A DNA stretch of 64,000 nucleotides, from IMG/VR virus record IMGVR_UViG_3300023174_000052, positions 32,001-96,000 of that record. One strand, written 5' to 3'. Source of the stretch: a virus. The position numbers and the translations under genes were made by a program. How positions within the stretch are numbered: the first letter of the stretch is position 1; each line of letters opens with the position of its first letter. Below are positions 37,349-46,424 of the stretch, one piece after another. The notes under the pieces are model-generated. The model made no database searches, was not told the DNA's origin, and was given only the letters and a program-made list of their open reading frames with translations.

Positions 37349-37760
37349 AGTGCTCCTTTAAAAAGTCGTGGTATTCGTTTAATGCGTGATCTTTAGGCTG
37401 CACTTCCTTCCAGTCTCCAAGGATGAAAATGCGATATGCATCCCTTGCGTACTTTCCAACTCCAGCCAATTCTTCAACATCCATCCACTGACCAGAATGA
37501 TACTGGAGAGACATCTTCTTTAGCGTTGCAGCTCGTCGTCGCCACATGCCTAATGGTTTAATCAACTCTTGCAATTCTTCTTCGTCGGCCTGGGATAACG
37601 CAGCTGCATTAGGCCAGCGCTTGAACATCTCTTCAACCACGGGCTCCATCTGTTTACGCGTCGTCAAATTAAGACAAAGACAACAGACCAGAATCTTCCA
37701 GCCATCGGGCCAATACTTTTCTTGAATCAGCCCGTACTTAGGCGGAACCCAACCTATCAG
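37335..37760 (-). CDS. MBD4-like HhH-GPD DNA glycosylase
   Basis: WVPP..LIQE...W..LV...CLN.T, KPLG...RA, L.GVGKYA.DAYRIF, and PKDHALNEY with the catalytic Asp. The start is probably CTG 37760 overlapping the thyX TGA. Confidence 0.85.
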   Translation of the reverse strand: MIGWVPPKYGLIQEKYWPDGWKILVCCLCLNLTTRKQMEPVVEEMFKRWPNAAALSQADEEELQELIKPLGMWRRRAATLKKMSLQYHSGQWMDVEELAGVGKYARDAYRIFILGDWKEVQPKDHALNEYHDFLKEHYGQN

Positions 37761-38473
37761 TGTTTCTGGTTCTCGATGAATGCCTTGACCGTAACCGGCC
37801 AGAGTTCCTGTACAATTTCCAACATCGCATTCGCTACTCGCTGGATTTCCCACTGTGCTCCCTCATGAGTTCGTAGTTCGATAAAGTGCATAACGTTTCG
37901 AAGATTCGCGGTACAGTAATATTCAGTGTAGAGATTCTGGGGTAGGACCATTCGAGCCTGCTCTCGACAGACTCCCTTCGCAGACAATTCTTCGTATAAT
38001 CGATGGGCGATTCCGACGAAGGCGTTCATAGACTCTGCTGCGTTACCACAATCGCCAGTCTCATGTGGATCACGATAACACCAACTCATTTCTGGATTGA
38101 TTAGTTCCTCAGCGTTAGAGGCCTGACGATTCGACTTATGCTGACTTCTAAATGTCTGAGGTAGGTAGAATTGAATATTTTCGTCAGTGTAACGACGTGA
38201 CACCTCATTGTATGCCGCGGTGCGGTGGCGCATGTGTTGAGAACGAACAAAAAGAGGAACCTTTACTCGAAAGGTGACGACGTTATGTTCAAGCGTTGAT
38301 GTATGCTTATGGTCGATAAGGTACTTGATAAGCTTTTCGTCCTTCGTATCAAGCGAATCCTTATGCTTGTTAAACGAGACACGCGCTGCGTTAACAATGG
38401 TTAAATCCGTTCCCATGTGCTCAACTAACTCGACGAATCCAATCTTATCGTCGTAAAGATATTTCCTACTCAA
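37757..38473 (-). CDS. thyX: Flavin-dependent thymidylate synthase
   Basis: AARVS, H.S.LEH, RHR..YNEVSRRY, EQARMVLP and AQWEI. Confidence 0.96.
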   Translation of the reverse strand: MSRKYLYDDKIGFVELVEHMGTDLTIVNAARVSFNKHKDSLDTKDEKLIKYLIDHKHTSTLEHNVVTFRVKVPLFVRSQHMRHRTAAYNEVSRRYTDENIQFYLPQTFRSQHKSNRQASNAEELINPEMSWCYRDPHETGDCGNAAESMNAFVGIAHRLYEELSAKGVCREQARMVLPQNLYTEYYCTANLRNVMHFIELRTHEGAQWEIQRVANAMLEIVQELWPVTVKAFIENQKH

Positions 38474-38555
38474 AGAAATCCTCCTATTAGAATCTTATAT
38501 CATTATGAGATATTTTTAACATACGAGAAAACATATTTAATCGCAGGAGTCATTA

Positions 38556-39800
38556 ATGTTTAGACTGGCGTTAGTGTTTTTATTAGCCTCGCTCTCTTGC
38601 AATTCAGATTACGCGCTTAATGAAGAAGTTCCACCACCACCGCCTGCACCCGAACCTGACATATTAGTCGCAGGTGGTAGTCTAATCGTCGACGGTCTAC
38701 AACCAGGTTGCGAATCCCCAGGATCTTTTAGAATCTCTAACGTAGGCGAAGCGAATCTAACAGTAGATCAAATAGATGTATTCGCCAGTGCCCCCGTAGA
38801 TTCTATCATTCAACCCTACTCGAATAGATTACCCGTAACTATTATTCCTGGCGATTATTTCGAAGTTGAATTTATGACGACTTCTTCTGACAACGTCGAC
38901 GATGCTATCATCGCGATAGTGCATTCTGATGATCCGGATGAAAGTATTGTTCAAACTCAAGTAGAGATACCTTCAGCGCCAGGAGAACTCAGGGAAGAGA
39001 CTTTCGAAATCGAAGAGGCAAAATCAGCAGACATAATTCTTGTCGTTGATAACTCTGGCTCGATGTTAGAGGAACAGACTGAATTAGCATCTAATGCCCA
39101 ACTATTCGTCGATGAACTAAACGCTTCAAACATAGATTATAGAATTGCTGTTATAACGACAGACTCAAGTTATCATGCCGGGCCCTTCATCACACCATAT
39201 ACATCTAATCCTGCGTCTTTATTAGCATCAGAAGTCCTTGTGGGTATATTCGGTAGCGCAGTCGAAATGGGATTATACGAAGCCAAATTAGCTTTAGAAC
39301 CCCCAGGATTCGCGGCACCTGGTGGGAGTTTTCTTAGAGAAAATGCGAGGCTTTCTATTGTGTGGATATCCGACGAAGACGATTTCTCTGTCGGAGATGT
39401 CTCATCGTATGTATCAGATTTCTGGTCAAAGAAATCGTCACCAGGCGAAGTGTCAGTTTGGGGTATTATCGGAGATCCGATGTTAGGATGCTCGAGTGCC
39501 CAACCCGGTGATAGATACTACGATATCATTACTATCATGGGTGGTGGCTGGACTTCTATTTGTTCAAGAGACTGGGGTGCGCCACTCTCGGCTGTCGCCG
39601 GTAGTGTTGGTGTTGATTCTGTATTAGAACTATCAGGTAATCCAGCACCAGCCACGATAGAAGTAAAAGTTAATGGAACGCAAACATGGAATTGGGTATA
39701 TGTCGTGGCCGATAATTCAATATCGTTTAATCCAGGACATATACCCAATGTCGGTTCGCGTGTAGTAGTAAGTTATCAAACTTACGGAGAATGCGATTAG
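38556..39800 (+). CDS. Lipoprotein with an Ig-like (ASH / choice-of-anchor D) domain and a vWA domain
   Basis: Lipoprotein signal MFRLALVFLLASLS-C, Pro linker, ISNVGEANL Ig motif, MIDAS DNSGSM, RIAVITTD, FLRENARL.I..ISDEDD. AGGAG RBS. Only credible plus-strand gene. Confidence 0.85.
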   Translation: MFRLALVFLLASLSCNSDYALNEEVPPPPPAPEPDILVAGGSLIVDGLQPGCESPGSFRISNVGEANLTVDQIDVFASAPVDSIIQPYSNRLPVTIIPGDYFEVEFMTTSSDNVDDAIIAIVHSDDPDESIVQTQVEIPSAPGELREETFEIEEAKSADIILVVDNSGSMLEEQTELASNAQLFVDELNASNIDYRIAVITTDSSYHAGPFITPYTSNPASLLASEVLVGIFGSAVEMGLYEAKLALEPPGFAAPGGSFLRENARLSIVWISDEDDFSVGDVSSYVSDFWSKKSSPGEVSVWGIIGDPMLGCSSAQPGDRYYDIITIMGGGWTSICSRDWGAPLSAVAGSVGVDSVLELSGNPAPATIEVKVNGTQTWNWVYVVADNSISFNPGHIPNVGSRVVVSYQTYGECD

Positions 39801-40240
39801 TTTTTCTTAATAGAATCTTTTAGTCTGCGTGCTTCGTCTCTACTGACTCGAGGTCTATCAATGACCTTGTCTAGAACACCAGTGACTTTTGAACTTAAAT
39901 CGTCAGTCTTATCTTCAAATGATTTAAACTTCGATTCCATCGCGTCAAACTTTTTGGCAATAACGTCTACTTGCTTTTTTGCACCAGCTACGTCTGTCTT
40001 AAGTTCACCAACTAATTCATCCTTGGCTAACTTCATCTGTTCTCTAGCTTCGTCTATCTGGGCTTGTATTTCTTTCTTCAAAGAAGCTACTGATTCATCG
40101 ACGTCCATCTTTTTGACTAACGCCTTAGAAGTGTACATATCCCAAGAACTTTTTCCTAAAAGAGTCGTAACAAGTAAAGCGATAATCGCCTGAAAGTTAT
40201 CCTGACCGACGGCGTTAATAATCTCTGAAATCATTGACAT
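39797..40240 (-). CDS. Membrane-anchored coiled-coil protein
   Basis: N-terminal hydrophobic helix then heptad-rich region; GGAGG RBS; ATATTTA upstream. Confidence 0.65.
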   Translation of the reverse strand: MSMISEIINAVGQDNFQAIIALLVTTLLGKSSWDMYTSKALVKKMDVDESVASLKKEIQAQIDEAREQMKLAKDELVGELKTDVAGAKKQVDVIAKKFDAMESKFKSFEDKTDDLSSKVTGVLDKVIDRPRVSRDEARRLKDSIKKN

Positions 40241-40265
40241 TTCCTCCAGCTTTAAATATCAACGA

Positions 40266-40583
40266 CTATTCAGGGAATTCTTTCTGTATCCACTTACTTC
40301 TTACTTCAATTCTTTTAACTTTCTCTTTTCTATCGAGTTGTTTAAATGCATATTCGGCTTTCAAAGCTTCACTCTTTGTTTGATATGGCCACCAACAAAG
40401 CATTTTAACAGGAATTCTTGAGCGAGTGTATTTTGCCCCTCGCCCAGAATTATGCATCGCTAAACGTCGATCTAAATCGTTCGTGATTCCAGTGTAGAGG
40501 GTCCCGTCCCTACATTGAAGGACGTAGACCCACCAGCACTCATCACCCCAGTATATTTCCTTACTCGAGTCCGTACTTGACAT
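40266..40583 (-). CDS. GIY-YIG nuclease (YhbQ/UPF0213-like)
   Basis: VYVLQCRDGTLYTGITNDLDRRL..HN.G.GAKYT and ALKAE..FK. Confidence 0.92.
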   Translation of the reverse strand: MSSTDSSKEIYWGDECWWVYVLQCRDGTLYTGITNDLDRRLAMHNSGRGAKYTRSRIPVKMLCWWPYQTKSEALKAEYAFKQLDRKEKVKRIEVRSKWIQKEFPE

Positions 40584-41163
40584 CGACGGTCGCAGTAAGC
40601 GTAGGCAGACGAGCGTGATTTGCTAAATTGTGGCGACGCGCCTCATCAGCGTCAAGATACCAGTCGGCATGGCCCTTCGAATGAACGATATCGAGGAAAT
40701 AACCTGGTTCCTTCCCGCAGTTCTTGGCCATCATCTCGTAGACCTTCTTATTCAAACGTTCAGCCTCGCGAACGTCGGCCTTGAGTTCTTCAACCTTACC
40801 CCATGCACCTGACGATACATCGTGAATCATCAATGTAGCATCAGCGTCCATGTATCGCATACCTTCAGCACCGAAGGAAAATAGTAGCGCGCCACAACTC
40901 ATAGCCTTACCTTCGACAACAGTCGCGACTGGTACCTTCGAAGCCTTGATCGCAGCGATCATAGACATGAGAGCATAAACTTGACCACCATAAGAATCGA
41001 TAATGACTGGAATAACGGTCTGACCAGTGTTCTGCGCAAGGCTCATCGCAGAGCAGAAGTCCTTCGCCGATTCTTCATCAAACTTATTCACTCGAATAAT
41101 AACCGGTTCATACTTTAATTCGAGGTCCTTGATGAGCGGCGAAACAGTTGCTTTGAAGTTCAT
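40561..41163 (-). CDS. clpP: ClpP-like serine protease
   Basis: IDSYGGQV, GKAMSCG (catalytic Ser), LMIHD (His) and DWYLDADEA. Confidence 0.88.
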   Translation of the reverse strand: MNFKATVSPLIKDLELKYEPVIIRVNKFDEESAKDFCSAMSLAQNTGQTVIPVIIDSYGGQVYALMSMIAAIKASKVPVATVVEGKAMSCGALLFSFGAEGMRYMDADATLMIHDVSSGAWGKVEELKADVREAERLNKKVYEMMAKNCGKEPGYFLDIVHSKGHADWYLDADEARRHNLANHARLPTLTATVDVKYGLE

Positions 41164-41270
41164 TCTTCCTCCTGCCCGTTGAAGCGCGGGCGATTTATTA
41201 TCTAAGTCTACTATAATAAGTAACTTGAATATTTTTAATTAATTTAATTGTATAATATCTAATTGCACAA

Positions 41271-43007
41271 TTAACTGCACTTTGACGAACCACAAGAAGA
41301 ACACGTCATGCATCCCTCTTGGTATACAAGACTGTCGCTACCACAATTTTGACATGTCTTACCTGCGATCGTAGTTCCATCCTTGATGTATCCCTTAAGG
41401 ACTCGCGAGATTGTCTTCGCGAACGAGAACATGTCGCTATTCTTATCTTTCTGGAGTTGTTCGACAACATATTGGATGGGTACTTCATGACGAAGGGCAA
41501 GAGAAATCGTCCTACTGAACGCACCTTGAGTTGGATTGTCAAATAAGTTAGCTACGTCCTTGAACATTAGCTCATCGTCTTCACCAAGTGGAATCGATAG
41601 ATTGTATGTTGACATTCCATCTCGTTTACCATTCTTGATAAGATTACCAATCTTGTGCTTCTTGGGCGCTTCAATATTTCCTGCTAATCCGCAGAAGACT
41701 TCGTAAGGCTTACCATCCAGAAGACCGATGAGTACCATCCAGTTTTCAGACTCGGTTCCATTACGTACAGTTACACGGTGAATGTCACATGGGATGGACT
41801 TCGGACGCTTCTTCGAATCACGGCCGGGTGGCTTCAATGGGTCCTGCTTCTTTGGAGCTTCCGTAGATACAAGCACACCATTACGACAACCATCACGATA
41901 GACAGTGAATCCCTTGCAACCAGATTCCCAAGCACGAAGATAAACGTCGGAGACTAATTCCTTCGTTGCTGAGTTCGGAAGGTTACACGTCTTCGAAATC
42001 GAGTGGTCAATCCAACGTTGCGCCGCAGCCTGTAATTCTACTGAAGATACCCAATCTACGTCGTTAGCAGTCGCACCCCAATAAGGAGATTCCTCAGGTG
42101 CCTCGAGTCCAGTTACATCCATCCACTTCTTAAACCAGTGATGATAAACGGTGTATTCTGTCCACTTATCTCCCAACTCATCTACGAAATCCACCTTCGA
42201 AGTGAAATCGCCAGGTGTAACCTTACGACGGCGCTTATAAGAAAGGAGGAACGCGGGTTCGATGCCTGAGGTGGTTCGGGTAAGACAAGAGACGGAACCG
42301 ACGGGTGCAGTGGTCGTCAATGCAATATTACGACGGCCAGTCTTACGCCACATCTCTTTTACGCTTTCACCGCATGCGTCCATGATCTTCGAGAGGTATT
42401 CATGATCCTTCTCTTTCTTATATTCGAACATTGGAAAAGGACCACGCTCATGAGCGAGGATACAAGAAGACGTATGCGCAGCAATCGCAAGAGAACGATA
42501 GATCTTTTCAGTCCACGTAATGGACTCTTCGCTACCATACTTTACACCGAGCGCAGCGAGACAATCTCCGAGACCCGTAATCCCCAACCCCGTACGGCGA
42601 CCGTTCAATCCCGCAGCGCGAATCTTCTGCCATAAGTCTCGTTCGATTTGTTTAACCTGGTTGGGTTCGGTGTCTCGTTCAAGCTTCTTAATAATCTTGT
42701 CAACGCACTCGACCTCGAGGTCAACGAGATCGTCCATTAGTCGCTGCGCTCGCATAGCGACCTTATGGAACCTATCGAAATCAAAGCGTGGCGAAGACGA
42801 GAACGGTTCGTTAACGAACGACGTAAGGTTAAGAACCATGAGACGACAAGAGTCATATGGAGACAGTGGAATCTCTCCACAATTATGAACGAGTAATCCA
42901 TTAGCGAAAAAATTGTGTGTATCGTCCACTGTTAAATCATAAACAGTTTCATTTTGTGCCTCTTCAATTGACACAATCTCATCCCAAAAAACATTACCTT
43001 CAATCAT
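41271..43007 (-). CDS. nrdJ: Class II ribonucleotide reductase, C-terminal half, preceded by the split-intein C-fragment
   Basis: IntC ends VYDLTV..THNFFANGLLVHN. The extein reads CGEIPL, SCRL, RRTGLG, TAPVGS, SISKTCN, GCKGFTVYRDG, then TSCPD-like and Zn-ribbon domains. Confidence 0.93.
   Translation of the reverse strand: MIEGNVFWDEIVSIEEAQNETVYDLTVDDTHNFFANGLLVHNCGEIPLSPYDSCRLMVLNLTSFVNEPFSSSPRFDFDRFHKVAMRAQRLMDDLVDLEVECVDKIIKKLERDTEPNQVKQIERDLWQKIRAAGLNGRRTGLGITGLGDCLAALGVKYGSEESITWTEKIYRSLAIAAHTSSCILAHERGPFPMFEYKKEKDHEYLSKIMDACGESVKEMWRKTGRRNIALTTTAPVGSVSCLTRTTSGIEPAFLLSYKRRRKVTPGDFTSKVDFVDELGDKWTEYTVYHHWFKKWMDVTGLEAPEESPYWGATANDVDWVSSVELQAAAQRWIDHSISKTCNLPNSATKELVSDVYLRAWESGCKGFTVYRDGCRNGVLVSTEAPKKQDPLKPPGRDSKKRPKSIPCDIHRVTVRNGTESENWMVLIGLLDGKPYEVFCGLAGNIEAPKKHKIGNLIKNGKRDGMSTYNLSIPLGEDDELMFKDVANLFDNPTQGAFSRTISLALRHEVPIQYVVEQLQKDKNSDMFSFAKTISRVLKGYIKDGTTIAGKTCQNCGSDSLVYQEGCMTCSSCGSSKCS
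42882..43007 (-). mobile_element. Split intein C-fragment (42 aa)
   Basis: Blocks F/G ending in HN, followed by Cys+1. Confidence 0.92.
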
Positions 43008-43797
43008 TTTTTAACTCCATGAGTCTTACTTTCTTCCACTCATTAATAATATCTTTTTGTTTTCGATTTATTAATAAAAACAGTTCGTCTGAGATTAATT
43101 CGGCAGATATATCGCCGTATTCTTTTTTAAACATTTCGAATTTGTCGATTCTTTCTAAAGAACCATTTGACCACCTGGATTTAATCTCTACGATCTTGGA
43201 GAGATTATTGTTTTCGTAAATAAAAAAATCGGGTCGATAATATCTGCCATCTGACAGAAGGTACGAACGTGCTTCGACGTCCCATTCTATTCTGTTATCA
43301 TTTAAAAATTTTGCATAACCATATTCCCAAGAACTTCGCAACCAAACATATTTTGATTTAGATTCGTTAAGGTACCAACCCGCAACGTGATGTTTATTAA
43401 CGATATCTTTGTCTTTGTATTTTTCAGTCCAATTCGTCCACGGATTATTAGTCTTGGCACGCTCTGATCTTATCTTTTTTAAACCTTCTGTGACACAGTT
43501 TTGGCCCGCTCGTTTTTCTATTCCTAACGTTTCAAATACAGTTCTTAATCTTGTGTAAGAAATGTTTCCCAAGTAAGAACTAATCAACTTAAAACCCATT
43601 CCATTCTCTTCATACAAAATCGTTAGATTTCGTATTAATTTTTGACAATCTTTATGTGAGGCGTCGATTACATAACTTGCGGTTATCTTTCCACCTCTAC
43701 CTATAAATTCTCTTTTAATTTTAGAACAGGCTATTTCTTGTATTAATTCTCTGGTTTCGTTGATCAGTCCTTCTAACGCTTGAATATGTTCGTACAT
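43000..43797 (-). CDS. Free-standing homing endonuclease, PD-(D/E)xK (TnsA N-terminal-like)
   Basis: RSSWE...A..L......W..E, YRPDF and VEIKS. AT-rich, and located between the two intein halves. Confidence 0.8.
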   Translation of the reverse strand: MYEHIQALEGLINETRELIQEIACSKIKREFIGRGGKITASYVIDASHKDCQKLIRNLTILYEENGMGFKLISSYLGNISYTRLRTVFETLGIEKRAGQNCVTEGLKKIRSERAKTNNPWTNWTEKYKDKDIVNKHHVAGWYLNESKSKYVWLRSSWEYGYAKFLNDNRIEWDVEARSYLLSDGRYYRPDFFIYENNNLSKIVEIKSRWSNGSLERIDKFEMFKKEYGDISAELISDELFLLINRKQKDIINEWKKVRLMELKND

Positions 43798-43842
43798 TTA
43801 CTAATCCCTCCATTTATAAGTATATTGCAAGGATTAGTAAAT
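43796..43842 (-). promoter_or_regulatory. Hairpin sequestering the endonuclease start, with a late-promoter motif in the loop
   Basis: 12-bp perfect inverted repeat ATTTACTAATCC / GGATTAGTAAAT covers the end of the RBS and the AT of the ATG. ATACTTA lies at 43817-43823. Confidence 0.75.
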
Positions 43843-43846
43843 TTTC

Positions 43847-45058
43847 TCATTTAGAATCAAAGGAAAGAATTTTATCGTCTTTTGTTAAATCTGCCGCTTC
43901 GACCCAACCGCGTTGTGTGTATACGCGGTGATCTGGCGTTAATCTAATTTTCTTTCCTGACTTGGTTTTTAGTTCAAGAATCTTTGCGTCATCTTTCGTC
44001 TTAAACGCAACAGCTGACTTTTTAACGACTTCTTTCTTTTCGGTATCAAAGGACTCTACAAAGAACTGCGCATTTTGTTCTGCCAACTCTTTTACAGTCT
44101 TTTCTCCTGCATTTGTTAGGACCAGAGTATCTCCTGTCACGCATGGATTTGTCGAAATTGACTTATAGCCCATTGACTCGTAAATATCTGCCGTTCCATT
44201 CTTCGTAACATTGTCCCAGAACAAAGCGCCTGGTTCTGCCGAAGACCATGCTGCATCCACGAACTGGTCCCAGATTGCCTTAGCCGATACTGTCTTTGTG
44301 TATTCGGCGTTCTCTACGCTCTTCTCTACGGGCCACCGGAGTGTAAAATCCGTACCTGACTTCACGGCATGCATAAACTCATCCGTGAAACGAATAGAAA
44401 TATTTGCACCAGTTACCTTCTTAAGATCACGCTTGATATTAATGAAGGTCTCGATCTCTGGGTGGCGACAGTCGATTGAAAGCATCAACGCTCCTCGACG
44501 ACCGCCTTGGGCGACCTCTCGACATGAATTTGAGAATCGCTCCATGAACACGCCGATACCGTCAGTCGTACGAGCAGCGTTAGAAGTAGGAAGACCCTTG
44601 GGACGAATGTTCGATACGTCGAATCCTACGCCACCGCGACGCTTCATGATTTGAACCTGCTCTTGGTCAGAGAATAAGATGCCGCCGTAAGAATCTTTAG
44701 GGCTATCGATGACGAAACAGTTCGAAAGCGACTGAATCTGATAGGGATTTCCAATTCCTGACATCGGAGAACCTTGCGGAACAATGTCTGCGAAATTCTT
44801 GAAGTATCCGTAGATTTCTTCTTCAGACATTGGATTGGGATACTTCGATTCTACGTGGGCGAATGCCTTCGCCAAGCGACGGTGCATCTGGTCTGGATTC
44901 GTTTCCAGAAGTTCACCCGCTTCATTTCGAAGCGCGTATTTCATGAATACATCAGGAGCAAGTGGATCTCCATCAAAGTATTCAGATGTTTCACGTAGCG
45001 CGATCTCTTGTACGTTAGTTAAAGACATTTTTACTTGCTCCCCATTACTTCTTTCCAT
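43847..45058 (-). CDS. nrdJ: Class II ribonucleotide reductase, N-terminal half, fused to the split-intein N-fragment
   Basis: PQGSPM, SLSNCFV, RGGVG, QGGRRGALM, ANISI, EPG and TNP, then the intein. Confidence 0.93.
   Translation of the reverse strand: MERSNGEQVKMSLTNVQEIALRETSEYFDGDPLAPDVFMKYALRNEAGELLETNPDQMHRRLAKAFAHVESKYPNPMSEEEIYGYFKNFADIVPQGSPMSGIGNPYQIQSLSNCFVIDSPKDSYGGILFSDQEQVQIMKRRGGVGFDVSNIRPKGLPTSNAARTTDGIGVFMERFSNSCREVAQGGRRGALMLSIDCRHPEIETFINIKRDLKKVTGANISIRFTDEFMHAVKSGTDFTLRWPVEKSVENAEYTKTVSAKAIWDQFVDAAWSSAEPGALFWDNVTKNGTADIYESMGYKSISTNPCVTGDTLVLTNAGEKTVKELAEQNAQFFVESFDTEKKEVVKKSAVAFKTKDDAKILELKTKSGKKIRLTPDHRVYTQRGWVEAADLTKDDKILSFDSK
43850..44143 (-). mobile_element. Split intein N-fragment (98 aa)
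   Basis: Block A CVTGDTLV and block B IRLTPDHRVYT...WVEAADL..DD, followed by a stop codon. Confidence 0.92.
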
Positions 45059-46410
45059 TTTGCTTGTAGGACTCGTTTTCTTTCGCTTTCATCTTGAGCC
45101 AAAGATTCTTGAAGACTCAAACTATTTTCATCAAGGATTCTAATTTTAGAGCGAGAAGTGTCAATGTGTACTGGAAAAATGATGCCATCTCGGCCGGCTC
45201 GATTCTTCGCAACGAACATTCTCCCCATTCCAGTCGCCTTTTCCGAAGGTTTTCGCGATAGAGAAATTACTACGTCGGCGACCATTGCCTTACCATAAGA
45301 TTCAGACATGTTCTCCAAACCTACGACGTCTGCGTTCGAACCCTCTCTATTCGACTGCGAAGCAGTCCAGATTGGGATAGCCTTTTCCATTGCAAGATTT
45401 CGTAGATCTTCATAGATTAGTTTTAGCTCCATTCGTAGAGCGTCGAATTCTCGACTCGAACGCATAATGTCGGCGTAGTCAATAATGATAACATGCGGGA
45501 CGAATCCACGAAGAGCTAACTTTTCTAAGTGATTTCGAATAGTAGCAACTGTACATGTACCGGTTGGATACTCTTTAATAATCAACCTACCGAGTTCCAT
45601 GCCCTTATACATATCGATGACATTTGTCTTCGAATCCTGAATGTCACTCGATGGGATATCCGTTAGATTTGAATCGTATCGAATTCCTACAGCAGTCTCG
45701 GTCAGTTCGAAAGTATAATGAACAACGTTCTTGCCGACCTTTAACGCGTTAGCTCCCATAGCAACAAGAAAGTGAGACTTTCCAACACCAGTTGGAGCGG
45801 CTATAACTCCAAGTTCACCCTTGCCAAGACCACCATTTAGAACAGAGCGTTCGTCAAGCTGTTCGATACCAGTTGGACAAGGCATGCGATTAATCTTAAC
45901 GAAACGCGCTTCCATATCTTCGAAGAAATCATGACCAACAGATGCTGCGATACCAACGGATACCGCCTTCTTCATGAGATCGACAACTGCGTCATACTGG
46001 TCGGTACCGATGAGCTCAACAGATTTATTAAGAGCTTCCTTCATCGCTTGCTTGCGACAAAAATCCAGAGACTTATCTTTTACATACGCGAGATCTCCCA
46101 TATCAGGAAGCGTACGCATGCGTGTTAAGTATTCTACGACCTGCTCTTTAAGAACTTCGTTATTCGTTTCTCGAAGGTCGTCTTTGACGATGGAGATTAG
46201 AAGGGGAAGGGTTGGAAAGTTCTTGTACTTCTCAAAGTACTTGAAATACTTGTCGGTCAAATAAGCGAGATAACGTAGATCGAAAAAATCCGATCGCATT
46301 ACTTCTGTCATTTGTGTAGCCCAAGTTGTATCTGTGATCAAACCAAGAAAGATTCTTTCCTGGAATGGGCGACCGTATTGTCCAAAGTAATTCTCACTAC
46401 CGTCAATCAT
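45031..46410 (-). CDS. dnaB: Replicative DNA helicase (DnaB/gp41-like)
   Basis: APTGVGKS, IIDYAD, WTASQSNR and KNRAG. Confidence 0.93.
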   Translation of the reverse strand: MIDGSENYFGQYGRPFQERIFLGLITDTTWATQMTEVMRSDFFDLRYLAYLTDKYFKYFEKYKNFPTLPLLISIVKDDLRETNNEVLKEQVVEYLTRMRTLPDMGDLAYVKDKSLDFCRKQAMKEALNKSVELIGTDQYDAVVDLMKKAVSVGIAASVGHDFFEDMEARFVKINRMPCPTGIEQLDERSVLNGGLGKGELGVIAAPTGVGKSHFLVAMGANALKVGKNVVHYTFELTETAVGIRYDSNLTDIPSSDIQDSKTNVIDMYKGMELGRLIIKEYPTGTCTVATIRNHLEKLALRGFVPHVIIIDYADIMRSSREFDALRMELKLIYEDLRNLAMEKAIPIWTASQSNREGSNADVVGLENMSESYGKAMVADVVISLSRKPSEKATGMGRMFVAKNRAGRDGIIFPVHIDTSRSKIRILDENSLSLQESLAQDESERKRVLQAKWKEVMGSK

Positions 46411-46424
46411 TCTTTCCTCTTTGT

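Noticed and set aside
40266-40583. GIY-YIG protein as the homing endonuclease of the nrdJ element
   Set aside because: It is a short stand-alone YhbQ-like domain with no DNA-binding extension and lies outside the intein interval.
42880-44150. Group I intron or stop-codon recoding explaining the broken nrdJ
   Set aside because: Both fragments carry clear intein blocks and their own start and stop signals, leaving no room for an intron core. All other genes read normally in code 11.
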